A stretch of DNA of 64,000 bases. Origin: Camelus dromedarius. Taxonomy: Eukaryota. Position 1 is the stretch's first letter. Each line of letters begins with the position of its first letter. The notes below the pieces were generated by a model, which ran no database searches, was not told where the DNA came from, and saw only the letters and a list, made by a program, of their open reading frames with translations. The translations under genes were made by a program, and so were the position numbers. Below, one piece after another: positions 52,164 to 64,000 of this stretch. Where the stretch lies: assembly GCF_036321535.1 (NCBI RefSeq), contig NC_087437.1, positions 55,616,001-55,680,000 on the forward strand, given 5' to 3'.

Positions 52164-52302
52164 CAAGACTGGCCATAGATTTTGCAAAGTCCAGTACAAA
52201 TGAAAATGTTTAAAATTATTAAGAATTTCAGGATGACGACAACACAGCATTAATTAAGTTAGGAACCCTTCTGGATACAGAGACCATCCCTGAATGGCCC
52301 CG
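52164..52302 (-). mobile_element. MER91A-like hAT-Tip100 MITE nested in the ERVL
   Basis: aaaattattaagaatttcaggatgacgacaacacagcattaa; 8-bp TSD gctgtagg (52156-52163) versus actatagg (52303-52310). Confidence 0.8.
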
Positions 52303-53483
52303 ACTATAGGTTTCTCTAGGGAATCCTGAAGGCACTGCCATGACATGTATTTGCCATCGTGTTAGAGGTTTCTTCTTCCCAGAAATCCAGCCAGCTCTTC
52401 AGTCAATAGATCATAGGTCTAAAAACTGACTCAGGTCTACAAATTAAGCAAGAGTTTATGACTTTGTGTTGAGTGACCACTTTTAAATCTTCCATTCTTG
52501 CCTTTTTCTGGCTGTAGATTTAAGCATAACCCTTGTTGGCAATCCATTTATTTTCCCCCCTAGGTGTGCCGTGTTCTATTGACCATCCCCAAAGCTCCGT
52601 GAAGACCAAACCCACTTGGCTGCACCTCTGACTTTGCTGGTGATTATGGTAACTGTGATCCCCTGGAATCTGGAAGGTAGGTGTTACCATCTGGCCTCTG
52701 TTACCTGGTGGTAAATGGACATCATTGCCATGAATATCACCGAGTCCAGTCCTGTGACCGTCTCCACTACCCGCAGCCCTGGGCTGCAGAGGAGAGCCCG
52801 CACTGACCTTCTCGGTGATGCTGCTTCTCTTCTCCCTGGCACATTCCCGATGGCCTTGGAGACTCATGTGTCCTCTCGGTCTGCCCATCTAATATATTCT
52901 CCTGGGAATCTTCTGGCTTCACACTGGCTTCTGGCCTCCATTCTAGCATGTCTACTTCTCTTAGCCTCTTTATTCCTTCTCTATCATTTGCCAGAAAAAC
53001 TCAAGCAGTTCTTTCTTACTCATCATTGATCATCACTTTTTCCAGACTTATAAGAACCACTACAGCAGTGATCTTGCCCCATTTACATTTGTCCTCATGA
53101 GGATTTTAAATCCCATGCCATGAGAAAGTACACTGAGGTCAATACATTCTTTCTTTTGTGGTCATATATTCCAGCCCCCCCCCCCCACCCAATCAGGTAT
53201 CCTCAAAAGCCAGGGATATTTCCTTGACTTTTTTTTAGTACATGCTAGATAATTCTGGTACTCTTTTGATATATATTAATTTTTCCCATAGTATGACCAG
53301 CTGGGTTGTGCTAGGATTTTGCCCTATTTAGGGCCATTGCAGCCAACAGAGACGGTAAAGGCATTCCTGAGGTTGGATTCTCACTGCTTTTCTAGCAAAG
53401 GCCTCTGTAGCACCTTTCAGTGTGAAGGCAGCTCTTGCTAGGAAAGAGTTGTCCATTCTGCAGGCTCTGAGGGCTTAGGGGAG

Positions 53484-53812
53484 TGCTGTGGTCTGAATGT
53501 TTGTGTTCCCTCAAAATGCATATGTTGAAAGCCTACTGCCCAGTGTGATGGTATTAGAAGGTGGTTAAGTCATGAGGCTGGAGTCCTCATGAGTGGGGCA
53601 GTGCTCTTATGAAAAAGACCCCACTGAGCTCCCTAGCCTCTTTCACCACGTGCAGACAGAATGACGTCTGTAACCCAGACCAGAGCCCTTCCGTAACCAG
53701 GCTGGGACCCTGATCTCGGACTTCCAGCCTCTAGAACTTTGAGAAATAAATTTCTATTGTTTATAGTCCATCCAGTCCATGGTACTTTGTTATAATAGCC
53801 TCAAATAAGACA
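53484..53812 (+). mobile_element. MLT1A0-like MaLR LTR nested in the ERVL internal region
   Basis: tgctgtggtctgaatgtttgtgttccc...gacttccagcctctagaactttgagaaataaatttctattg...taagaca. Confidence 0.9.
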
Positions 53813-54374
53813 AAGTCTACAGAACCAACTCACCAAAGGCATCCCCTTCATGTCCCCAGCCCGCATTTCAGGGCCTTAGGGATTTCCAACCGGCCTTGGC
53901 TGAGCATTCGAATGTCTCTTGAGCCCTGTGACGTGATCAGGTGCTCGATCTGCTGCTTAGCTGTGTTTGTTTTCACAGAGGCTCTCATCTTTTTGTAAGT
54001 GATCAAGGAGGCAATCTGGCTCCCACAATCAGCCATTAACTGCTTGTTAAGAGCCCTCAGTTCCTCAGTATCCCTCTGCAGAGGGTCAGTACAACTTAGA
54101 AGTAGCCAACGCTACTTCCTCATAGGCACTGTTCCTCCTGCATCTTCCTAAAAGCCTGAGTCTTAGAACCAGCAAATCTGCCCCCATGGTGGACATTTTC
54201 GCGGGTCAGCATTGGTGAAATCTATAGCAGTTGGGTCCTTATCTTGGGCCAGAAAACCATCCATACTCCACATAGCTCTGGATGCCATCCTACTTGCTTG
54301 ACAGGTAGAGAGGGAGTCGTTCCTAAATACCCATCTTCTATCTGCATTCTTGAACCACTCTCAGGACTGCTTGC

Positions 54375-54829
54375 ATCACACTCTAGGTTCTCTGAGAAAC
54401 AGACCCCAAGATGGAATTAGATGTGCAAGAGATGTACTAGGAAAGTGCCTTTGGAGCATAAAGAAGAAGAAAACGGAAGAAAGGGGTTATGTCAGAGGGT
54501 AATAAGTTCTCTCTCTGGAAACCAAAAGGAAGAGAAGAAGAAGAATTCAGCAGAAAGAGTTTCAGGCTGAAATGCGGCTTCAAGAAAGGTTTAGTCAGGC
54601 CAGTGAGCTATTCTTGAGTCAAAATCACCCACCAGAGGTGTTCCATGTGCCGTCAGAATGGGTCTGGCTTAGTAGCCCCACGGGCTCAGCCCTTGTCTGC
54701 GAGGAGCCTGGATGTGCAGTGGCCTCAGGGAGAAGGCACCGTGGAGGGGAGGAGCAGCAGCTGCGACTGTCAGTCAGTTACGTGCTCCGCATTAGAAGAG
54801 CTGAGCTGTGTATTTCTATGGCTGCCACG
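54375..54829 (-). mobile_element. LTR16A-like ERVL LTR, probably the 5' LTR of the adjacent provirus
   Basis: ggttctctgagaaacagacccc...gtgcaagagatg; ends gctgcgactgtcagtcag...ctatggctgccac, matching an antisense TGTGGCAGCC start. Confidence 0.72.
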
Positions 54830-55539
54830 CTCTGCATCACAGATGTCTCGTAAAAGTCATTTTTTTTTCCCCTCTTGAGCCAATGTTTGGTAATGGAGAG
54901 GACTCAGTATGAAACACTGCACCCTGACCTGGCGACTCTGGGCCTCACAATTCTACCCTCCTCCAACCAACCCACGTAAATTCTCTGAGTTCCATTCAAC
55001 CCCTAAAGCCACACTTCCAGCCGTATTTCAAAACAGGGTGAGAATTTATTTCCCATTTCTTAGTAGAAATTATCCATGTAGAAACAAACCCGTCAGGGAA
55101 TCAAGACACGTTCTTTGACGTCCATTCATCCTGGCATATTATTAGACACACCTTCCAGAGACAAATTCTACAGGAAAGTATTTTTAATGATTATTTCTTG
55201 TGAGTCGCTTCCAAGTATAAAAAGGAAGGATTTTCGCTATACAAAACTTGAAAATTACAGAAAGGTCTTAGCAAGAAAATATTCTCTCCACTCCATAACC
55301 CCATCCACCCAGAAATAAGAACTGTTAAGAGTGTATTAACTTCCTTTCCCTTGGTTTGCTTTTGTGCTAGTATCCATATGAATCTTCCCACACCATGAGA
55401 ATATACTGTCCACGTTGTTTTATTTCTTCCATTAGAGCATTTTAAAAATTTATTTTTAGAATAATTTTGCCTTGATTTTTTTGCCTTGTTTACAAGGAGG
55501 AAAAGAAGCAATTTAGAGGAGAAAGTTATCTAGTAAGTA

Positions 55540-55765
55540 TTTTTTGTATATAGATATTGTGTATACATACAAATATATATTTATTAGAAATATATTATAT
55601 GTATAGAAGTATACATATATTATAGGTAAGTGTATACACATTTTATAGGCAGTATTTGTAAATATGCACATATATCTGTGTGTAAATATATATGTACATA
55701 TTCACATACACATATCTATATATCATCTCTATAGCTTCTCTCTCTCTCTCTTTTCTCTCTCCACA
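55540..55765. repeat. (TA)-rich low-complexity tract plus (CT)n
   Basis: Directly visible. Confidence 0.75.
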
Positions 55766-56459
55766 TATTTCTTTTTATGACTGTGTAGTCAGAATCGCAA
55801 GATCTGAGAAAGAAAGATGATTTTTACTTTGAAAATACATTTCTTGAACTCATTATCCTAACATAGATGGTCGCTCAGGTCCATGGGAAAAATGATCTCT
55901 TCTCTTCAGAAGTATAACATAAGCGCTACCGAATCGGGATCCAGATGGTTTAAACAGATCTGTAACCGAGCGGCAGAACAGTATGTTACCTGCCCAAAGG
56001 CAGCCAAGAGCAGTTGTGTTTTCAGACTGATGTTACCCCTCCAAGGTCACACTTTAACTGTCCTCCTTAGAAACTTGGCACAGAGATGTTGCTGTCAACA
56101 AGATCCATTCAAGGGTCATCCCATGTGGATTCCCCTGTAAGGATGCCCTGAGAATCGCTCCCATCCCACAGACGCATTTTATCAGTGCCTCCACTCCCAC
56201 ATGCTCTGTGTGTACAATCCAGATTTCAAAATAAGCAGCGTTAACATTCTTGACTCCCGGCCCGAATGTGGGTGCTCATCATGAGCTCATGCCTTCCTTT
56301 GGGGGTTGGCATTTGTGGTGCTCCTGTTATCACGGGCTGACTGGCCCAGGACAAAGGCACTGAGAGACGTGTGCTGAGACCATCATAGGACTTCAAGACA
56401 GAACAATGTGCACAACGCATCCTTCTGGGGGAGGGGGCGTGTCATAAGTGTAATGATAA

Positions 56460-57030
56460 TTTCAGGGAAACTTGTTTCCCTGAGTTCCCATCAGGGTTCT
56501 ATCACTGTCTAGCTGAATGATTAATGCAGAGCCACCAGCTGTCTCTTCCTCTGTACCATGGAGAGAATAACACCTAAGTTGATGGATTCCTAGGGGTTTT
56601 TAGTGGTAGATAGGTAGATAGATCTAGATAGATAATGGACATCAAATTTTTAGTAAATGCCAAATGCTATAAAAAAATTCTGTGTTTGTAGACATAATGT
56701 AAGGAAGAGAGGGACTGTGTTTTATTTACCTTCATTTTCCCAGAGCCCTACACCACACCAGGCATACCATAGGCATTTAATTCATGTTATCTTATTGAGG
56801 GAGTAGACTGATGTCTGGGAGTAAGAAGAGCTGGGTCCAGGACAGGCCACTGTACTGATGGTTATGAGTTTGTTTCCTATGCTGCCTGAGTCTTAGCTTC
56901 CTCGTGCATAAAATGGAGGAAATGACACCACTCGTGCGGGTACGTCTTCATGACATTTGGGAGACTCCTATGAGATAATGCCTGTGACTGTGTTCTGTAA
57001 AATTTAAACCACTGTACCCAGACTATGTTA
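56460..57030 (+). mobile_element. Cluster of MIR, L2 3' end and MIR
   Basis: tgtaaggaagagagggactgtgttttattt (L2); ttagcttcctcgtgcataaaatggagg...atgagataatgc (MIR). Confidence 0.6.
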
Positions 57031-57454
57031 TTTTTAAGTCATTCTATTTGCTGGGATGTATTTCTAGGCAAATGATCTCTAAATTCCTTTTTAACTTGGA
57101 GTATAGCTAATTTTCAAAAAAAAAATTATAAACATCTCTCAGTTCCTCTTTCGGGAGCTGTGCTGCATAGGTAAACAGGGTATCTCAGGAAGCTGCACAT
57201 CAGAAAAGCAGTTGGTGGTTTAGAAAAACATCGTGCCGTAGTTTTCGGTAGTCTTTAGTGTACACAGATCAGGCCTGTTTTCTTAGCTCACACCCACTCC
57301 CCCAGTTTCTTCCACAAATGATGACTTTTATGACTTCCTGATGATCAGTACTCAATAAGGCACAAATTTGTGAATGTGTGTCCAAGGCAAGGTTCAGCCA
57401 CAGCTGTCCCTCTTGGGCTCAAACCACAGGAAAGCAAATAAGAATGCTACATTC

Positions 57455-57708
57455 AGGGGTGGGAAGGGATAAATTTGGGAGTTCGAGAGTTGCAAATGTT
57501 AACCATTATATACAAAAATAGATTTTAAAACTAAGTTTTTCTGTATAGCACAGGGAACTATATTCAGTATCTGGTGATAACCTTTAATGAAAAAGAATAT
57601 GAAAACAAATATGTGTATGTGTGTGTGTATATATATATGCATGACTGGGACTTTATGCTGTGCATCAGAAGTTGACACATTGTAACTGACTGTATGTCAA
57701 TTAAAAAA
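57455..57708 (+). mobile_element. Young artiodactyl/camelid L1 3' end with a 15-bp TSD
   Basis: ggaagggataaatttgggagttcgag...ctgtatagcacagggaactatattcag...poly(A); TSD aagaatgctacattc (57440-57454) versus aagaacgttacattc (57709-57723). Confidence 0.9.
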
Positions 57709-58479
57709 AAGAACGTTACATTCTATGCTCTTTCACCTACCCACGGGTTTCACGAATTCTAGCAAACCTATTCTTATCTCATTAGCATCTACCAGGCACC
57801 AGATACCCCAGCAGGCAAGTTGATCATCAGCAACTCAGGGACACAGCTATGCAAGAGTCATTTTTTTCTCCATGGCTTAAAATACAAAAATGAAAAGAAT
57901 GTCATTTTCAACTCTACTGGGGGCTATTTGAGGGCAGAGACTAGATCGTATTGATCTACTTGCTGCCCACAGCACCCAGCAAGCTGACAGGCACACAGCA
58001 GAAGCCCTCAAGGAATATGTATGTTGAATCTATTAATTGACCATCAAATCAGTAAGTACCAGAGAGTCCTGAAAGAGGATTATACTGGAAACCACTAGAA
58101 ATTCAGGTCTCACTACAATATCATCTGTTGTCATTTATTTGTGATCAGCAACCAAACAAATGCATTAAATTTAGAAACCAGAGGGTTAATGTATTTTATA
58201 TATTATCTTTTTTTCTGTATTCTTTCAACAAACACACATTTTTTACCAACAATGCGCTATTTGTAACAAGAGTCTAAGCTATTATTGTAGATTTAGAAAA
58301 TCGCATGTAAGTCCTCCTTACATTGGCTGCTTAGAAGTTCACAGTCAAATGGCCCTTTAGCTCAGTGTAAAATATCATGAAATACATTTTGTGTGAAAAT
58401 ATTGTTCTTGGGTTCCTCTTATTTTCCTTACTCTTGATGTTGATACAGGTTACTGATTTTCTCATTTATCTACACATTT

Positions 58480-58700
58480 AATTTTTTTAAACTTTTAATT
58501 GTGGTTAAAAACAATCACATAACATAAAATTTACCAGCATAACCATTTCTAAATATACAGTTCAGTAGTGTTAAATTCAAATGATTTTATTCAAATTGTT
58601 GACTCCTCTGAATTTTTTTCATCTTTCAAAACTGAAAGCCTGTCCCCATTAAACAACAACTCACCATTTCCTCCTCTCTGCCCCTAGTTACCTTGCATCT
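58480..58700 (-). mobile_element. L1MB/MA-type 3' end
   Basis: ttaattgtggttaaaa...cataacataaaatttacc...aaatatacagttcagtagtgttaa...aaactgaaagcctgtccccattaaacaac. Confidence 0.8.
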
Positions 58701-59734
58701 GTATTTTTAAATCTTCTTATAAGTCTATGGATTTTATAAGCTACCTCAAATTATTCTGGAAAAAGGAGACTTCATGTAGATAGATAAATAGGTAGATTAT
58801 ATGTAAATGTAACCTACAAGTGTAGTCATAGAATCATGGAATCTTAGAGCTGAATCTTCACGTCATGTCTATAGCCGTGTCTGTCTACCACAGCCCTGTC
58901 CCCAGCAGCCCCAGTCTAAGGCGGACCAGACACACTTGCTGTTGGCAGCACTGCCACACGTTCCAGTTCCTACACAGGAAAACAAGTATAAGGATAAGTT
59001 CTATTTACTGCATCTCTATCATAAAAGATAAAACATTGTGTGAGGTATTTATCACTGAATGAGCTGAATACTGGAGAAAAGCTGGTTTTGATATTAACTC
59101 CTCTGCTGACAAGTTTGCATGCCTGGTAACAGGAGGAAGAGGTTTGCAGAGTGGTTTCTGGCTCTGTGCAATTTGAACTCTGTTTCTCCTGCACTTGTCA
59201 CACATTTTCCATGACAGTGACTGTTGGGGATACCCGTAGTGTGATGTGAATCTCCAGCCTGGGTCTTCAGTGACACCGTGCCTAGTGCCATAGGCAGGAG
59301 GAGTATTCTTGGAAGCTATTCTTATACTGGGATGAGTAGCGATAACGTAACTCTACACAAACCTAACTATGACTACATGAATGTATACCCCCAAACTCAA
59401 ACTAAAAGGATCCGCTATTCAGCTTGCTCTTGGCTGGATCCTAAAAATCCCATGGCTTCTCTATCACCATTTATTTGAGATGAATGGTGATGAAGGAGAA
59501 ATTGGAGTAGAAAGAAACGGTAATATTAGAAGATTGTAGTTAAAATGCCTCATGTTTGTATATTTTACAGAAACATAATGACCATGTATACATAGTACTA
59601 AGATAGTTCTTAGGACCTCAGAAGGGACTGTATATGCAAAGAAGAGGTCTTGACATTTAAACTGTATTAGATTCACAGTAAATCCTGCTCCTGAGATGAG
59701 GCCTGGGGAAAACCCTTTGGTGGGGTTTATAAAC

Positions 59735-60610
59735 TGAGCAATTCCTGATATGATGCATTAAGATGGAGACAGGCTGGGACCGAATACAAAGAAACTAAAA
59801 GGGACTACAAATAACTGTGTGCATGTGCAGTTGGGGCAAATTATGAACAAGATACAAAAAGACCAAACTCCCAACTGCGGCTTCTGAAGTGTCAGGAACA
59901 GAAGCAGGGTGCTGCACGTGATGCTGCCCAGAGCAGCACCAAGGGGGTGGGCAGACCACCCAAGCCACCCCACCAGCCCGACCCACGGATTCATTCCTAT
60001 TCTCACCCCGTTTACGGGACCAGCTACCCCCCAACCCCCCACAGGGAGTGAGTAAGGGCACCTGTTACTTGTTTTCACTCCCTTGTGCTGCAGCACGAGT
60101 CCCAGTAAAGCCTTGCCTGAACTTCTCTCGTCTGGCCTCTTACCAATTTCTATTGATTATGGAGTCCAAGAACCCTGCCTGGTAACAAGAAGGACACAGT
60201 ATCAATTTTGTGATGTTTCTGCCAGGAGTAGATAACTCAATCTAAGTATGAGGAAACATCAGTCAAAGCTAAACTAAGGTATATTCTACAAAATAACTTG
60301 CTTGAATGCTTCAAAACTATCCGTCATGTAACACAACGACAGAGGAACGGTTCCCAGTATAAAAAAGGGTAAAGAAACAGGACAGTGGAATGTGATGTAA
60401 GAGCCAGGATTTTCTCTTGCTATAAAAAAACATCCCTGGGACAATTGGCAAAATCCAAGTAAGATATGTAGAGATGATGATAATATTTTATCAATGTTAA
60501 TTTCATTTCTTTATTAAACTGTGATTATGTAAGCGATTGTCTCATACACACCCAGACATTTAGAGTGAGGGTACACTGGATCTGCAACTGACAAATGGTT
60601 CAGGGGAAAA
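59735..60610 (+). mobile_element. L1MC-type 3' UTR split by an LTR
   Basis: cctgatatgatgca | agaaggacacagtatc...tgaggaaacatcagtcaaagctaaact...attctacaaaataact. Confidence 0.8.
59764..60187 (+). mobile_element. Young ERV1-type solo LTR
   Basis: TG...CA (tggagacagg...cctggtaaca), AGTAAA signal at about 60104, retains CpGs, flanked by aga on both sides within the L1MC. Confidence 0.85.
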
Positions 60611-61519
60611 CAAAAATCTGGAAGGTGCCAAATAAGGACTTCCTGTGTCTCCTTATTTATCTCTCACTCACGTGGGCACGGAGCAAAGGAGGGGTGGGAG
60701 TGAGGAGCAGCCCCCTCACAGCTGTTCAGGGATGTCTGGACAAGAAGCCCACCCACATTGCGCTAGGACACTGGGTGTGACTCGGAGGGTATCAGGTTTG
60801 TCTGTTAGGGAAACTGCCAACCTCCTCCCTCCCCAGTCGGCCTCTGTGTTTCCTCGCCTGCCCTCTGAAGAGAATAGAGGTGTCCCTTTCCTCAGACACT
60901 TCCCTGAGGAATCTTCTTTCTTCTCAGTAGACTGTGAGACGTTAGCTTTATGCATTTTTTTCTACTGGATGAATTCCAGTGACCTGTAAAGAGGTGGAAG
61001 TCAACTCAGAAGAAGCATGTGGCCAAGCTTGCATTGCGTTGGCTTTTCCACTGATGTAAAAAAGCATTTGACCCTAACCCACCACACTTCAATTCTAGGC
61101 CCAGCTTGACTCTGACTGGATGCCCTCTTCAGCAAGTATTAGATTCACAGGGCACAACGTTGGAAGGCCTAGCAGGATCCTCTTCAAAACAGAACTTGGT
61201 TTCTACTTCTATAAATCAGAGATCGTGGGGTTGAACTGAAGTCATGTACAGAAAAGGGTCTTAAAACTAGAAATCACCAAACTCCTCAGTCCTTTCGGTT
61301 GTGGTGACATAGGATGAATTCATTACTCCAGCACATCTGATGCTAGAAGATTCTCTTCTGATCCCTGTATTACAAAAGAGAGGACGGTCAAGATGGAGAG
61401 GACCTGAGGTTCAGTTACCCCGACAAGAAATTCAGCTTCTCCAATCACAGAGCCACCAACAGCCAGAGCTCTAAGGAATGTGCGAGATCGTCCACTTTAA
61501 GCCCCGCATGGTGGCATCT

Positions 61520-61948
61520 GCTGTTTTCAATTGCCCTGAGCCTACTGCCCTTTCCTTAGCTTAATAGAAACTGTTTTCTTTTGGAAACTCTCTGCCCCAG
61601 TCTCGGTGGAGCTGTCAATCAAGGTGTTCAGACCTCTGCTGGCCACACCTGTCCTCTTGTTTCTGAGAATTTGAATCTTAAGGTAAACGACTCAAGTTCA
61701 AAAAAATAAAAAATAAAAAACCGTTGGGTCTGACGCACCCCTACGGTGGCACTATGAAGGGACTCTGTTCATGCCTGTTGCTTAGAGCCCTGGAGCTTCT
61801 CTGGTCCCAGCCCTTTCCCAAATCTTGTTTTTCATCTTTCTCTTCCAGTCTGTAGATTTTCCTATTTTTAACCTATTTTCATATTTTTAGCTTTATTTAG
61901 CCGGAGTTAGTTTCTATCACTAATAACAGAAGAATCCTCACTGGTACA
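61520..61948 (+). mobile_element. Old MLT1 (K/L-like) LTR
   Basis: gagttagtttctatcacttaataacagaagaatcctcactggtaca terminus. Confidence 0.65.
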
Positions 61949-62254
61949 TCCTTCCTCTTAAAGATCAAGAATGTAAGACCCGAAGAAAAAAGGCTGTTTG
62001 CTAAAGTCAGGGAGGAAGCTGGGGCCAGGGCCCAGACTAGAGCTGGGTTAGTAAGTTTCTTTCTGTCACATCGCTGCCTTGTCTAGGACTGCGGCAGCCT
62101 TGGAGGGACCGAGCTACCCCACGTCACTGTGGGACTCTGCGGGATGAGTTATGATTGAGCTCTTATGAACTCATTAGCTTTCTGCTTCTGGCCATAATTG
62201 AAGATGTGAGACCATAATTTGTCCTTAATAATGAAAAAAAAAAAAGGAGCAATC

Positions 62255-62830
62255 CACAAGCTCAACAGCGATGAAAAAAAAAAAAAAAGAACAAGTTATT
62301 GACATACTTAACAACATGGGTATATCTCAAAAACAATATGTTGAGTGTAAAAAACCTACAAGACACAAAAGAACACCTGCTCGATTTATGTGACATTCTA
62401 GCACAGTGATGTCCAGCACAGTAGCCACTAGCCACATGGGCTATTTAAATGTAAGTTGACTAAAATTAAATAAAAATTAAAATGTAGTTTCTCAGACAAA
62501 TCAGCCATATGTGGCTAGTGGCTACCATGTTAGTATAAATAGAGAACATTTCCTTCATCACAGGAAGTTCTATTGGATAATGCTGTTCTAGAAAACATCT
62601 AACACATAATGAAAAAAAAAGACTGTCTAGGGCCAGTGATGAGGAAGGACTAACTGCAAAGGGGAGCATTTGGGGGTAATCAAAATGAGGGGTTTAGGGG
62701 GTAATGAAATATTCTCTATCTTGGTTGGGGTGGGGGCTACACAGTATATAATATGTCAAAATCCCTCAAATGGAACAGTTAGAATTAGTGAATTCCATTG
62801 CATGCAAATTATATCTAAATGACGTTGGTT
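62255..62830 (+). mobile_element. L1MB/ME-type 3' end split by a MITE
   Basis: acaacatgggtatatctcaaaaacaatatgttgagtg...gtaatgaaatattctctatcttg...tgcaaattatatct. Confidence 0.8.
62404..62585. mobile_element. MER33/MER3-like hAT-Charlie MITE with 8-bp TSD
   Basis: cagtgatgtcc...gtagccactagccacatg / atgtggctagtggctac...ggataatgctg; TSD ttctagca (62396-62403) versus ttctagaa (62586-62593). Confidence 0.88.
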
Positions 62831-62904
62831 CTAAGAAGTCAAGGGCTTTGTGGAAGTTCTTTTTTACCTGCTTATAATAATTAGTAGATCATCTTTACAA
62901 AGAT

Positions 62905-63270
62905 AATAAACATGTTATTTGTCCACCGGACCATATTTTGCTAGTCTCTGGAAATACAGAGATGAATCAGATAGCACACCCGCCCTCAAGTTGTTTATGA
63001 TTCAGTACAGGAGATGGGTCTAATGCAAAAATAGTTCAAATTCAGGAAGAAAGAAGCAGGTGCCCTCATAGAATTGAAAATCAAATGACTTAAGACATTA
63101 GAGGTAGGGCAGCTTCCTTTTACCTGGAAGGATGAGAAAAGCTTCCTGTTCTTTGACATATTTGTGAGATGCAGATGTATGCTCGCAGGGTTTAAAAACA
63201 TTCTGGATGGAGGACAAAATGCAACGCAGGGCAGGGGCGCTACCAGAAAACTATGCAACCCAGGAAATAG
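62905..63270 (-). mobile_element. L2 fragment
   Basis: tgctagtctctggaaatacagagatgaatcagatagc...ccctcaagttgtttatgattcagt. Confidence 0.65.
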
Positions 63271-64000
63271 ACCACATGAAGGGGAGCAGTTAAGAAATAA
63301 TTCACATGGATATACATGAGAAGGGTTTTGTGTTTTGAATACCTCAGTTTGGCAAAGTGTACACCTGCGAGGCACTGGAAGGAGAAAGTGTCCTTTTATC
63401 TCACATTATGTCCAGAGTTCCAGGTCTTAAATGCTGCTGTTTCCCTAAGCTTTTTATTTTCTCCTCCTCTTCATGCGAATCAAAAATCTTCACAAACAAC
63501 ACCATTCAAAGTTGTGAGTCATGGTCAGAAAGGCAATTGCTTTCTCCCAGGCTAATGTGTACCTTATTCTATTACAATCTCTGCCTAAAAGACTTAAGGA
63601 AGGTGTTAGAAAAGCCTCTAATTTGCACACCAAAGAAATATTTTATACATTTTTACAGTAACCTGAGCCCCCCGGGTGAAGAGGGATGTAATATAAATAT
63701 AAGTGGCAATTATGATGATTATGGGATAGTTGTCACTTACTTTCCCAGGCGCTGGATGGCTGTGTGCTATTGGTAGGTTGTTGAACCCTAAAGAGTTTGC
63801 TTTTGCCCTTGGTTAGGGTAGCTGTCTGCATTTATTTCCACAATGCAAGAGGAATCAGTATTTTTCATAATTATTTATATAAATTTTTGCCATTTAATAC
63901 CCGTCCCCCTTAGTAAATTTAGGGTTTTTTTTTTTTTAAAAAACAATGACTATTGATGTCAGGGCATACGGTTTAAATGGTCTTCTTTATAAATGGGGCT

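Larger units (their letters stand above)
50690..54370 (-). mobile_element. ERVL-class internal region (ERV3-16A3/LTR16-associated): leader, gag, protease, RT; 3' truncated
   Basis: Minus strand reads SELTLIPRDLK (protease), NITLMHYINNITLI (RT YxDD region), TKIQSPDTSVMCLGIQWSG and LHLASPATKKEA. Confidence 0.88.

Noticed and set aside
1..64000. CRISPR array, operon or other prokaryote-type novel system
   Set aside because: The sequence is eutherian non-coding DNA; no regularly spaced repeats and no gene-dense segment

Overview
This is AT-rich, CpG-depleted mammalian genomic DNA, most likely camelid. The evidence is two copies of a Vic-1-type tRNA-derived SINE plus young artiodactyl-type L1 3' ends. 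I could not support any host protein-coding gene, RNA gene, CRISPR array or CpG island. The ORF track is either chance ORFs or decayed transposon reading frames (Tigger1 transposase, ERVL pol, L1 ORF1/ORF2, L3/CR1). The window looks like a long intron or gene desert, about half filled by repeats. Old repeats include MIR, L2, L3, L1M, MaLR/ERVL LTRs and hAT MITEs. Larger fossils are a near full-length Tigger1 and two ERVL-type proviral remnants, one keeping an LTR16A-like 5' LTR and carrying nested insertions. Younger insertions include ERV1-type solo LTRs, L1 tails and SINEs, several with visible target-site duplications (TSDs). Between the repeats, several unique blocks are dense in homeodomain, SOX, bHLH, TALE and AP-1 motifs and are candidate developmental enhancers (inference only). 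Repeat family names come from my memory of consensus sequences and need RepeatMasker/Dfam confirmation; most boundaries are approximate. I found no evidence for a new biological system.
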